From contig JAZORY010000062.1 of the NCBI GenBank assembly GCA_045656825.1, positions 1-63,444 of the forward strand: 63,444 nt of DNA, written 5' to 3'. Position numbers and translations under genes: made by a program. Position 1 is the stretch's first letter, and every line of letters begins with the position of its first letter. Under the pieces are notes generated by a model. The model worked only from the letters and a program-made list of their open reading frames with translations. It did not search any database and was not told the DNA's origin. The DNA comes from Candidatus Avispirillum sp. (GTDB taxonomy: Bacteria > Bacillota > Clostridia > Oscillospirales > CAG-272). Below are positions 10,503 to 19,650 of the stretch, one piece after another.

Positions 10503-11396
10503 TTATTCAATATTCTGAATCTGCTCTCTGATTTTTTCAAGCTCTGCTTTGATATCAACAACAAGATGAGCAATTTCAGCATTGGAGCACTTTGAGCCCA
10601 TTGTATTTGTTTCACGGTTCATTTCCTGAAGAAGGAAGTCCAGCTTTCTGCCGGCAGGCTCCGGACTTTCTGAAATTTCGCGGAACGTTTCAAAATGGCT
10701 TGCAAGACGAACCAGCTCCTCATCAATAGCTGCTTTATCTGCAAAAACAGCTGCCTCTGTGAGAATTCTCTGCTCACTTATCTCAACGTCAAAGTCTGCA
10801 AGGAATTTACGAATTCGCTCCTCAAGCTTGGCTCCATATCCCTGAATATCTGCTGCAGATATTTCAGCGATCTTAGCGGCGATTGCTTTGATGCCTTCGA
10901 TCTTGGAGTTGATGTCCTCCATAAGCCTTGCACCCTCAGCCTCGCGGCGCTCAAGAAATGCATCAACCGCAGGTGAAAGAACGCTTTTCACATCCTCCCA
11001 ATCGCGCTCGGCATCATCGTCAGGCTTTCTCACGGAGAAAAGCTCGCGGTTTGCCGCAACTCTCATAACGGAAATATCATCACGAAGATCAAATTCATCG
11101 CGAAGGGCCTCAAGGGCTGCTATATAGGAAGCTGCTGCTGCACGGTCAAGATAAACCTCGCTGCCCGCCTGCTCCAGCACGTCAACGCCTATATATATTT
11201 CTATCTTGCCTCGCTGGATACCTCTTGACGTGAGATAAGCCTTGATTCTTTCCTCAAGGAAAGAATACATGCGGGGCAGCTTTACTGTGCAATCCATATA
11301 TCTGCTGTTAACAGATTTGATCTCAGCTGTGATATCCTTTGAGCCGTCGGATGAGGTGTTTCTCGCGCGGCCAAACGCTGTCATACTTTTAGGCAT
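10503..11396 (-). CDS. yloC: YicC/YloC-family endoribonuclease
   Basis: SMTAFG, EIKSVNSRY, GRKLDFLLQEMNRETNTMGSK, KIREQIQNIE. Confidence 0.95.
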   Translation of the reverse strand: MPKSMTAFGRARNTSSDGSKDITAEIKSVNSRYMDCTVKLPRMYSFLEERIKAYLTSRGIQRGKIEIYIGVDVLEQAGSEVYLDRAAAASYIAALEALRDEFDLRDDISVMRVAANRELFSVRKPDDDAERDWEDVKSVLSPAVDAFLERREAEGARLMEDINSKIEGIKAIAAKIAEISAADIQGYGAKLEERIRKFLADFDVEISEQRILTEAAVFADKAAIDEELVRLASHFETFREISESPEPAGRKLDFLLQEMNRETNTMGSKCSNAEIAHLVVDIKAELEKIREQIQNIE

Positions 11397-11453
11397 TGTA
11401 CTGTGTCATTCCCTTCCGGGTATAGTACCCGATTTTATTTATATATCTAAATA

Positions 11454-11482
11454 ATTATATAACATATTTCATTCCTTGTCAA
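11454..11482 (-). promoter_or_regulatory. Consensus sigmaA promoter of the yloC-rlmN operon
   Basis: TTGACA-17-TATAAT on the minus strand. Confidence 0.85.
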
Positions 11483-11564
11483 CTTTTTTTGGTGGACAAA
11501 CCGCCCAAAATACGCCGCGTTTAAGGCTTTCCTTATGATTTTTACTTACAAGAATCTCAAACGC

Positions 11565-11596
11565 AAAAAATCCTGCATTTTTCAATGCAGGATTTT
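11565..11596 (-). terminator. valS terminator
   Basis: AAAATCCTGCATT..AATGCAGGATTTT hairpin, U-tract on minus. Confidence 0.85.
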
Positions 11597-11605
11597 AACG
11601 TTTGA

Positions 11606-14308
11606 TTACTTATTAAGAGCGGCAAGAGCTTCGATGATACCCGCCTTGCGAGCCTCATACTTTGCCAGCTTTTCGCGCTCAGCGTTTACAACCGCTTCAG
11701 GCGCACGAGCTGTGAAGCTTTCGTTTGCAAGCTTACCGCTTGCTCTCTTGATTTCTGCCTCCATTGTTGCAAGCTCGCCCTCAAGGCGCTTTCTTTCAGC
11801 CTCAAAGTCCACGATATCTGCCATGGGAATGTAGATAGTTGCGCTGTCTGTGATGATCTGAACTGCGCCGTCCTCTGCAAATGAATCAACAACCTGAACC
11901 TCGGATGCAGAAGCCATTCTCATAAAGAACGCAAAGCAGGAGGGAGCAAATGCATCCTCGTCCTTTGTTACGATATAAACCTTCGCCTTACGGGAGGGAG
12001 GAACGTTCATTTCCGCGCGGCGTGTACGGATAGCGCGGATAGCATCGATAACCTTATCCATATTAGCTGCATCCGCAAAATTGAGCGCAGGATCAGCCTT
12101 GGGATATGCGCTGATCATGATGCTTTCGCTTGTTCCGGGAAGACCGCTGTAAATCTCCTCTGTGATAAAGGGCATAAAGGGATGAAGCAGCTTAAGAGTT
12201 TCTGCGAGAACGTATGCAAGAGTGTTCTGAGTAACCTTAGCTCTTTCCTTATCCTCTCCTGTGAGAGAAGCCTTTGCAAGCTCGATATACCAGTCGCAAT
12301 ATTCGTCCCAGATAAAGTTATAGAGAGTGGAAAGTGCAACACCGATCTCAAAGCCCTCGAGGTTTGTGTTAACGCTTTCAACAGCCGCATTGAAGTGAGC
12401 AAGGATCCACTTATCCTCAGGAGCAAGAACGCTCTCGTCGGGAAGCTGGATCTCATCGATATCAAGATTCATCATAACGAATCTAGCAGCGTTCCAAAGC
12501 TTGTTTGCAAAGTTACGAGCCGCCTCGATCTTTTCATCGGAGAATCGCATATCATTTCCGGGGCTGTTACCTGTTGCAAGAGCGTAACGGAGCGCGTCCG
12601 CACCGTACTGATCAATGATCTCAAGGGGATCAATACCGTTGCCGAGAGATTTGGACATCTTACGGCCCTGTGCATCACGAACAAGTCCGTGAATAAGAAC
12701 TGTGTTAAAGGGAGCCTTGCCTGTATATTCAAGGCCGGAGAAGATCATTCTGGAAACCCAGAACGTGATGATATCATATCCTGTTACAAGTGTGTTTGTG
12801 GGATAGAAGTAGTCAAGATCCTCTGTATTCTTAGGCCAACCCATTGTGGAGAAGGGCCAGAGAGCAGATGAGAACCATGTATCAAGTGTGTCGGGATCCT
12901 GAGCCATAGCCGCACCGCACTTGGGACACTTGCAAGGAGCATCAAGAGAAACTACGGTTTCGCCGCAAGCCTCGTTTTCACAATAGTAAGCAGGAATTCT
13001 ATGACCCCACCAAAGCTGACGGGAAATACACCAGTCGCGGATATTTTCCATCCAATGGAAGTAGTTCTTTTCGAATCTTTCGGGAACGAACTTGATCTCG
13101 CCGCTGCGAACAACGTCGATCGCGGGCTTAGCAAGAGGCTCCATCTTAACGAACCACTGCTTAGAGATCATAGGCTCGATAGTGTGGTGGCAACGATAGC
13201 AAGTTCCAACGTTGTGAGCAAGAGGCTCAACCTCTTTGAGAAGGCCGATAGCTTCAAGATCTGCAAGGATTGCCTTACGAGCTTCCTTTGTTGTCATTCC
13301 TGCATACTTACCGCAGTCAAGAACCTCGGGCTCGCCAACAGCAGCCGCTCCGCTTGCAATAAGCTTATCAGCCGCAGCCTTGTCCTCTGCACCTGTCATC
13401 TTGCCGTCGTATGTGAATACGCGGACAAGGGGCAGATTATGGCGCTGGCCAACCTCATAGTCGTTGGGATCGTGAGCAGGAGTGATCTTAACAACGCCCG
13501 TACCCTTTGTCATATCAGCATGCTCGTCGCATACAATGGGGATCTCCTTGTTTATAAGGGGAAGGAGAACGTGGCATCCGTGAAGATGCGCATATCTGGG
13601 GTCCTCAGCATTGATAGCAACAGCTGTGTCTCCGAGCATTGTTTCGGGACGAGTTGTTGCAAGCTCAAGCATTTCGCCTGTTTCCTTAACGGGATAGAGC
13701 AGATGATAGAAATTGCCCTGCTGATCCTCGTATTCAACCTCAGCATCGGAAATAGAAGTCATACAAGTGGAGCACCAGTTTACCATACGGTTTCCGCGGT
13801 AAATGAGTCCCTTATCGTAAAGCTTCATAAATACTGTCTGAACAGCCTCGCTGCATCCCTCATCAAGAGTGAATCTCTCACGAGACCAGTCGCAAGAGGA
13901 GCCCAGCTTCTTAAGCTGCTCGATGATTCTGCCGCCATACTTAGCCTTCCAATCCCAAGCTCTCTCAAGGAAGCCATCACGGCCGATATCGTCCTTTGTA
14001 ACGCCTTCGTATCTCATTGCCTCAACGATCTTAGCCTCTGTTGCAATAGAAGCATGGTCTGTGCCGGGAAGCCAGAGAGTTGAGAAGCCGCACATTCTCT
14101 TATATCTTACAAGAATATCCTGAAGAGTGTTGTCAAGAGCATGGCCCATATGAAGCTGACCTGTGATGTTTGGAGGGGGAATAACGATAGAATAGTGGGG
14201 CTTGGAGCGGTCTACCTTCGCTGTGAAATGACCTTCCTCGCACCATTTTGCATAAATTCTTTCCTCAAAATCCTGAGGAGAATAGGTTTTCGGTAATTCT
14301 CTTTTCAT
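11606..14308 (-). CDS. valS: Valine--tRNA ligase
   Basis: PPPNITGQLHMGH, TTRPET, DWCISRQLWWGH, KMSKS, C-terminal coiled coil. Confidence 0.98.
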   Translation of the reverse strand: MKRELPKTYSPQDFEERIYAKWCEEGHFTAKVDRSKPHYSIVIPPPNITGQLHMGHALDNTLQDILVRYKRMCGFSTLWLPGTDHASIATEAKIVEAMRYEGVTKDDIGRDGFLERAWDWKAKYGGRIIEQLKKLGSSCDWSRERFTLDEGCSEAVQTVFMKLYDKGLIYRGNRMVNWCSTCMTSISDAEVEYEDQQGNFYHLLYPVKETGEMLELATTRPETMLGDTAVAINAEDPRYAHLHGCHVLLPLINKEIPIVCDEHADMTKGTGVVKITPAHDPNDYEVGQRHNLPLVRVFTYDGKMTGAEDKAAADKLIASGAAAVGEPEVLDCGKYAGMTTKEARKAILADLEAIGLLKEVEPLAHNVGTCYRCHHTIEPMISKQWFVKMEPLAKPAIDVVRSGEIKFVPERFEKNYFHWMENIRDWCISRQLWWGHRIPAYYCENEACGETVVSLDAPCKCPKCGAAMAQDPDTLDTWFSSALWPFSTMGWPKNTEDLDYFYPTNTLVTGYDIITFWVSRMIFSGLEYTGKAPFNTVLIHGLVRDAQGRKMSKSLGNGIDPLEIIDQYGADALRYALATGNSPGNDMRFSDEKIEAARNFANKLWNAARFVMMNLDIDEIQLPDESVLAPEDKWILAHFNAAVESVNTNLEGFEIGVALSTLYNFIWDEYCDWYIELAKASLTGEDKERAKVTQNTLAYVLAETLKLLHPFMPFITEEIYSGLPGTSESIMISAYPKADPALNFADAANMDKVIDAIRAIRTRRAEMNVPPSRKAKVYIVTKDEDAFAPSCFAFFMRMASASEVQVVDSFAEDGAVQIITDSATIYIPMADIVDFEAERKRLEGELATMEAEIKRASGKLANESFTARAPEAVVNAEREKLAKYEARKAGIIEALAALNK

Positions 14309-14377
14309 TGATTTCTCCTATATATTTATCTGAACTATTTACAAAAATTCTGTACTCTGCACTCTACATTCTGCATT

Positions 14378-14613
14378 AAAAAAGCGTCCTGACTTAAAAA
14401 AGTCAGGACGCTTGAATATAGCGCGGTACCACCTGAATTCGCCACAAAAGACGCACTCAAAATCCTCTAACGGAGATTAACCGTCGACCCCTACACAATA
14501 AAAAACCTTCAGGGCCAAAGCTCAGAGACTACTTCATCTGCCGCCGACACAGCGCTTCCACCATCCGCTGCTCTCTATTGCCTTATAAGCAGACTACTCC
14601 TTCCCGTCGTAGC
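14378..14613 (-). ncRNA. Valine T-box riboswitch leader
   Basis: T-box AATTCAGGTGGTACCGCG (~14422-14439), terminator AAGCGTCCTGAC..GTCAGGACGCTTTTTT, stem-I AGAGA/GGTGGAA-like motifs, specifier GAA-GTA (Val) at 14530-14532. Confidence 0.92.
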
Positions 14614-14621
14614 TAAAAATT

Positions 14622-14650
14622 ATGGTAACACATTTTGCTTTTTTTGTCAA
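14622..14650 (-). promoter_or_regulatory. sigmaA promoter of the valS leader
   Basis: TTGACA-17-TACCAT with extended TG. Confidence 0.7.
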
Positions 14651-14659
14651 GAAAAACGA

Positions 14660-14687
14660 AGGGGAAACCTTAAAAAAGATTTCCCCC
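14660..14687 (-). terminator. Terminator after the cyclophilin genes
   Basis: GGGGAAA..TTTCCCC stem followed by a T-rich run on minus. Confidence 0.6.
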
Positions 14688-14695
14688 GAAAATAA

Positions 14696-15181
14696 TTACT
14701 CTTCGATGATTTCAACCTTCTCCATCTTCTGATCGCGGAGAGGCTTATCCTGCATATTTGTTCTTGTCATTGCGATATCGTCAACTGTTTCCATGCCCTC
14801 GATAACGCGTCCGAATGCTGCATACTGACCGTCAAGGAACGTTGCGTCTGCATGGCAGATGAAGAACTGGCTGGAAGCAGAATTGGGCATCTGGCTTCTT
14901 GCCATGGAGATAACTCCGCGCTCGTGAGAGAGATCGTTCTTTACGCCGTTGATAGCAAATTCGCCCTTGATAGTCTTGGAGCTGCCGCCAAAGCCTGTGC
15001 CCATGGGGTCGCCGCCCTGAATCATAAAGCCTGCGATAACGCGGTGGAAAATGAGTCCGTTATAAAAACCTTCTTTTACAAGAGAAACGAAATTCTCAAC
15101 TGTGATGGGAGCGATTTCGGGATAAAGCTCCAGAGTGATCGCGTCGCCGCTTTCCATTGTGATTTTAATCTTTGTTGCCAT
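14696..15181 (-). CDS. ppiB: Cyclophilin-type peptidyl-prolyl isomerase (cytoplasmic, single domain)
   Basis: APITVENF, FHRVIAGFMIQGGDP, SMAR, SASSQFFI, LDGQYAAFG. Confidence 0.92.
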   Translation of the reverse strand: MATKIKITMESGDAITLELYPEIAPITVENFVSLVKEGFYNGLIFHRVIAGFMIQGGDPMGTGFGGSSKTIKGEFAINGVKNDLSHERGVISMARSQMPNSASSQFFICHADATFLDGQYAAFGRVIEGMETVDDIAMTRTNMQDKPLRDQKMEKVEIIEE

Positions 15182-15194
15182 TGTTTTTTACTCC

Positions 15195-16316
15195 TTAGTC
15201 TATAACCTTAATATATTCAATAATTACGTCTTCTGTGGGATAATCGCTGCTGTCCGTTTCAACGGATGCAATAGCGTCTACAACCTCGATTCCCTCATAA
15301 ACCTCACCAAACGCTGCATAGTTGCCGTCAAGCTGAGCTACGTCAGCGTGGCAGATGAAGAACTGACTACTTGCAGAGTTGAAATCACTACTTCTTGCCA
15401 TGGAAATAACTCCGCGCTTATGGGAAATCGTATTATTCACGTAGTTTGCGGCAAACTCGCCCTTGATAGTTTTATCGCTGCCGCCCATACCTGTTCCTTC
15501 AGGGTCGCCACCCTGAATCATAAAGTCCTCAATGATTCGGTGGAACGTGAGCCCATTATAAAAGCCTTCTTCCACAAGAGAAACGAAGTTTTCAACCGTA
15601 ATGGGAGCCTGCGTGTGATCAAGCTTCAGCTTTATCACTCCGTAATTCTTTACGGACATTTCAACGTTGATAGAGTCTCCTCTGCCCCAATCGGGACGTG
15701 TTTCCTCAGTTGTGTCAATGCTGTCAACCTTATCCGCACCGTAAACAAGCTTTGCATACTTGATAACAACCTTGCTTGTGGGGGCGTCGCTTGAATTGGT
15801 TGTAACCGCAGCAATACTGTCTACAACCTCAAGGCCTTCAACAACCTTACCGAAAGCCGCATAGTTGCCGTCAAGATAAGTGGATGCAGCGTGGCAGATG
15901 AAGAACTGGCTGGAAGCAGAATCGTTTGCCTGGCTTCTTGCCATAGAAATAACTCCGCGCTCGTGAGAAAGATTGTTCTCAACACCGTTTGCAGAAAATT
16001 CACCCTTGATGTTCTTATCGCTGCCGCCTGAGCCCGTGCCCTGAGGATCACCGCCCTGAATCATAAAATTCTTGATGATTCGATGGAATGTGAGCCCGTC
16101 GTAGAAGCCCTCGGAAACGAGAGTTGCAAAATTGTGAACCGTGATGGGAGCGATCTCGGGATAGAGTTCGATAGTCATAAGACCGTGGCCCTCAACCACC
16201 ATTTCAACGTAGATGTTTTTCTCATCATAAGAAGTGTATGTTGATTCATAGCTTTCGCAGCTTGCAAGAGAAAGAAGCATCACTGCAAAAAGCAATATCG
16301 CCAAAATTCTTTTCAT
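15195..16316 (-). CDS. Lipoprotein with two tandem cyclophilin domains
   Basis: Signal peptide with lipobox LASC; two complete FHRII..FMIQGGDP / SMAR / QFFICH / LDGNYAAFG domains. Confidence 0.9.
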   Translation of the reverse strand: MKRILAILLFAVMLLSLASCESYESTYTSYDEKNIYVEMVVEGHGLMTIELYPEIAPITVHNFATLVSEGFYDGLTFHRIIKNFMIQGGDPQGTGSGGSDKNIKGEFSANGVENNLSHERGVISMARSQANDSASSQFFICHAASTYLDGNYAAFGKVVEGLEVVDSIAAVTTNSSDAPTSKVVIKYAKLVYGADKVDSIDTTEETRPDWGRGDSINVEMSVKNYGVIKLKLDHTQAPITVENFVSLVEEGFYNGLTFHRIIEDFMIQGGDPEGTGMGGSDKTIKGEFAANYVNNTISHKRGVISMARSSDFNSASSQFFICHADVAQLDGNYAAFGEVYEGIEVVDAIASVETDSSDYPTEDVIIEYIKVID

Positions 16317-16461
16317 TTGGTATACCTCTCTTTTTTCATAACAGATTAATTATACAACAAAGGCACAAATATGTAAACAGATTTTTTGCCTTTAATTTGT
16401 AAACAAAGAATTTCGCGGGGCATACTGATTGTAACACTCACTGATATAAAAAGGGGAAAGC

Positions 16462-17499
16462 ATGATACAAGACAAGCTGAAAACAATAGCAATATACGGC
16501 ATCGGAGGAGCATTTTTTCTCGGTCTTTTATGGCTCACCTTAAAATTTGCTCTGCCCGTTCTGCTTCCGTTTGCAATTGCCTTTTTCCTATCCTGCCTCA
16601 TTCGAGGAGGAGCAAAAAGGCTGAGCTCTCTGACAAAAATGAGCGAAGGCATCCTATGCGCCATTCTGCTTTTCTCCGGACTTGCCGCACTGGGCGTTCT
16701 TATTTGGTTCAGCGCCGCAACAGCAATAAAGAGGCTCTGCTCCGCAATCACGGAAATTTTCTCTCAGCCGGAAGGCACGAATATGCTATCCGAGCTCAGC
16801 TCATCCCTCTCAGACTATGCCAATCGGCTCCTTGGAGAAGACTTTGCCGTATCCCTTGAAAATTTCCTCTCAAGAGCAATCTCTCAGATAAGCTCTCATA
16901 TCGCATCCTCCACAGCTTCAATCTTCTCAGCTCTCCCATCATTCGCAATAGGACTTGCAATCTCCGTTGCTGCGCTTTTCTATTTTACCTTCGGATATGA
17001 CAAAACAGCCGCTGCCATCAAATGCATACTGCCAAAAAATCAAAAGGATAATATATGCAAAGGGGTTTCGCTGCTTTCCAAAGGCTTAGGCAGATTTCTG
17101 CGCGCATATTCCACCATAATCCTCGTAACGTTCACAGAGCTTTTTGTCGGATTTTTGATTCTGAGAATCGATCATGCTTTCATCCTTGCCGCCATAATAA
17201 GCATAGTTGATTTCCTTCCCATAATCGGAGTTGGAGGAGTGCTTATACCCTGGGCTGCCACAAGCCTTTTTATGAAAAAAACAGGACAAGCAATAGGCCT
17301 TGTCGTTATAACTGCAATCGTTTGGGCAATTCGTCAGCCTGTTGAATCCAAGCTTATAGGGCGAGGCGCAGGTGTTCATCCTATATTCGCACTGGCATCG
17401 GTTTACACGGGATTTCGTATGGCAGGAGTTTTTGGCATGGTAGCAGCACCCGTGCTGCTCACCGCTGTTTCCGTAGTGCTGAGAGAAAAGAATCGCTGA
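16462..17499 (+). CDS. ytvI: YtvI-like sporulation membrane protein (AI-2E transporter family)
   Basis: LLPFAIA, DFLPIIGVG..LIPW, RQPVESKLIG, GVHP, GMVAAP. Confidence 0.8.
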   Translation: MIQDKLKTIAIYGIGGAFFLGLLWLTLKFALPVLLPFAIAFFLSCLIRGGAKRLSSLTKMSEGILCAILLFSGLAALGVLIWFSAATAIKRLCSAITEIFSQPEGTNMLSELSSSLSDYANRLLGEDFAVSLENFLSRAISQISSHIASSTASIFSALPSFAIGLAISVAALFYFTFGYDKTAAAIKCILPKNQKDNICKGVSLLSKGLGRFLRAYSTIILVTFTELFVGFLILRIDHAFILAAIISIVDFLPIIGVGGVLIPWAATSLFMKKTGQAIGLVVITAIVWAIRQPVESKLIGRGAGVHPIFALASVYTGFRMAGVFGMVAAPVLLTAVSVVLREKNR

Positions 17500-17522
17500 T
17501 AATATTGTCAACCTTTTTTTGA

Positions 17523-17557
17523 AAGGGTGCCGACCTTCTTCCAACGTCGGCACCCTT
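17523..17557 (+). terminator. Hairpin after ytvI
   Basis: AAGGGTGCCGAC-N11-GTCGGCACCCTT followed by T-rich sequence. Confidence 0.7.
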
Positions 17558-17601
17558 GTGATTTTATATTTTAATAAGCCTAAAAATCCCCAAATGATAA
17601 A

Positions 17602-17630
17602 TTGACATACATACTGATAAGTGATATAAT
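17602..17630 (+). promoter_or_regulatory. Perfect sigmaA promoter of the hydrogenase operon
   Basis: TTGACA-17-TATAAT with extended TG. Confidence 0.9.
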
Positions 17631-17640
17631 AATTATTAGG

Positions 17641-17658
17641 TTGTGTTTTAGTGCACAT
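17641..17658. promoter_or_regulatory. Candidate Rex-like operator
   Basis: TTGTG-N8-CACAT just downstream of the -10; partial match to TTGTGAA-N4-TTCACAA. Confidence 0.35.
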
Positions 17659-17696
17659 TTTTGATCGAATTAACTAAACGTAAGAGGTAAAATAAA

Positions 17697-17936
17697 ATGA
17701 AAGTTACAGTTTGTATCGGTTCATCCTGCCATCTGAAAGGCTCACGTCAGGTTGTTGAAGTGCTCCAGAAGCTTATCGCAGAAAACCGCCTTGAAGGCAA
17801 GGTTGAGCTCAGCGGAACATTCTGCATGCAGAATTGCCAGGCGGGCGTTTGTGTTTCTGTCGACGACAAGGTTTGCTCTGTTTCTCCCGAAACAGTTGAT
17901 GAATTTTTCAGAAACGAAATTCTCGCAAAGGCATAA
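17697..17936 (+). CDS. hfsA: Thioredoxin-like [2Fe-2S] ferredoxin (HfsA-like)
   Basis: VCIGSSCHLKGS and FCMQNC cysteine motifs. Confidence 0.85.
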   Translation: MKVTVCIGSSCHLKGSRQVVEVLQKLIAENRLEGKVELSGTFCMQNCQAGVCVSVDDKVCSVSPETVDEFFRNEILAKA

Positions 17937-17979
17937 TTACGACTATCCCCCAAAATTCTACGGAAAGGATTTTTGAATA

Positions 17980-19650
17980 ATGGCAGAATTCCTCAGACTG
18001 AAAAAGTCCAATTGCAAAAACTGCTCCAAATGCATCCGCCATTGTCCCGTTAAAAGCATCCGCTTTTCAGGAAATCAGGCAAATATAATCGGCAACGAAT
18101 GTATCCTCTGCGGACATTGCTTTGTTGTTTGTCCCCAGAATGCCAAGGAAATTGCAGACGGAATCGAAACCGCTAAGGTTCTTATTGATTCCGGCGCTCC
18201 CGTTTATGCAAGTATCGCCCCCTCTTTTATTGCTAACTACGAAAACGTTGGCATTGATAACCTGCGCGATGCTCTCGTTAAGCTGGGATTTGTCGGCGCT
18301 GAAGAAACAGCAGTTGGCGCAACCATAGTTAAAAAGGAATACGAGCGCCTTCTCTCCGAGGGTACAAAGGACGTTGTTATCAGCTCTTGCTGCCATTCCA
18401 TAAATCTGCTTATTCAGAAATATTTTCCTCATCTTCTCCCCTATCTTGCAGACGTTAAAAGTCCCATGCAGGTCCATGCAGAATGGATAAAAGAGGTTTC
18501 TCCCGATGCAAAGGTGGTCTTCATCGGTCCGTGCGTTGCCAAAAAGGACGAGGCAGAAAGATACGGCGCAGTTGATGCCGTTCTCACCTTTGAGGAGCTT
18601 GCAAAATGGCTCAAGGAAGAAAATATCGAAATCAAGCAGGGCAAGGACTCAACCGATGAAAGCCTTGCAAGATTTTTCCCCACAACAGGCGGCGTTCTCA
18701 GAACTATGACTGAGCGCAACCCCATATATAAATATCTCGCTATCGACGGCGTTGAAAACTGTATCGCCGCTCTTGAGGATATTGCCAAAGGAAAAATCCA
18801 TCGCTGCTTTATTGAAATGTCAGCTTGTGCAGGAAGCTGCACGGGCGGTCCCGTTATGGAAAAATATCATAACTCCCCCGTTAAAAATCAGCTGAACGTT
18901 ATGGACTATGCAGGCGAGCTCGACTTCCCCGTTGAAAAGCCGGAGGGTCTTAAGCTCGAAAAGGAATTTGAGGCAATTGATAAAAAAATGGTTCAGCCCT
19001 CAGAGCGTGAGATCACGGAAACTCTTCGCAAAATGAGCAAGACCACTCCCGAGGACGAATTGAATTGCGGCTCCTGCGGATATAAAACCTGCCGCGAAAA
19101 AGCAATCGCTATCATTCAGGGAAAGGCCGACGTTTCCACCTGCCTGCCATATCTGAGAGAAAAAGCAGAATCCCTCTCCGATAATATTATGACAAATTCT
19201 CCCAACGGAATTCTGCTTCTTAACGAAAACCTTGAAATACAAAAAATAAACAACGTAGCCCTCCGAATCGTCAATATGCGAAATGCAGCTGACCTTATGG
19301 GAGAGCCCGTTGTCCGCATCCTTGACCCCTCCGCTTTCCTGCAGGTTATGAACACAGGAAACGTTATCAAGGACAAAAAGGTTTATCTTGCGGAATACGG
19401 CAAATACGTTGAACAAAATATCGTTTACGATAAAAACTACCACACTCTTCTCTGCATCCTGCGCGATATCACCGAGCAGGAAACTGCACGCGAGCATAGA
19501 GACAATATTAACCGACAGACTATCGAAACCGCTGACCGCGTTGTAGAAAAGCAGATGCGCATCGTTCAGGAAATAGCTTCCCTTCTCGGCGAAACAGCTG
19601 CCGAAACGAAAATAGCGCTCACAAAGCTCAAGGAGTCTATCGATGAATAA
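17980..19650 (+). CDS. hfsB: Sensory [FeFe]-hydrogenase-like protein with FeS and PAS domains (group C, HfsB/HydS-like)
   Basis: 2x[4Fe-4S] N-terminus; variant H-cluster motifs SSCCHS, GPCVAKKDE, EMSACAGSCTGG; NCGSCGYKTC; C-terminal PAS and MRIVQEIASLLGE. Confidence 0.88.
   Translation: MAEFLRLKKSNCKNCSKCIRHCPVKSIRFSGNQANIIGNECILCGHCFVVCPQNAKEIADGIETAKVLIDSGAPVYASIAPSFIANYENVGIDNLRDALVKLGFVGAEETAVGATIVKKEYERLLSEGTKDVVISSCCHSINLLIQKYFPHLLPYLADVKSPMQVHAEWIKEVSPDAKVVFIGPCVAKKDEAERYGAVDAVLTFEELAKWLKEENIEIKQGKDSTDESLARFFPTTGGVLRTMTERNPIYKYLAIDGVENCIAALEDIAKGKIHRCFIEMSACAGSCTGGPVMEKYHNSPVKNQLNVMDYAGELDFPVEKPEGLKLEKEFEAIDKKMVQPSEREITETLRKMSKTTPEDELNCGSCGYKTCREKAIAIIQGKADVSTCLPYLREKAESLSDNIMTNSPNGILLLNENLEIQKINNVALRIVNMRNAADLMGEPVVRILDPSAFLQVMNTGNVIKDKKVYLAEYGKYVEQNIVYDKNYHTLLCILRDITEQETAREHRDNINRQTIETADRVVEKQMRIVQEIASLLGETAAETKIALTKLKESIDE

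Noticed and set aside
13001-14083. 360-aa ORF antisense to valS (also 12182-12871)
   Set aside because: In-register antisense shadow of a codon-biased gene; no motifs or SD.
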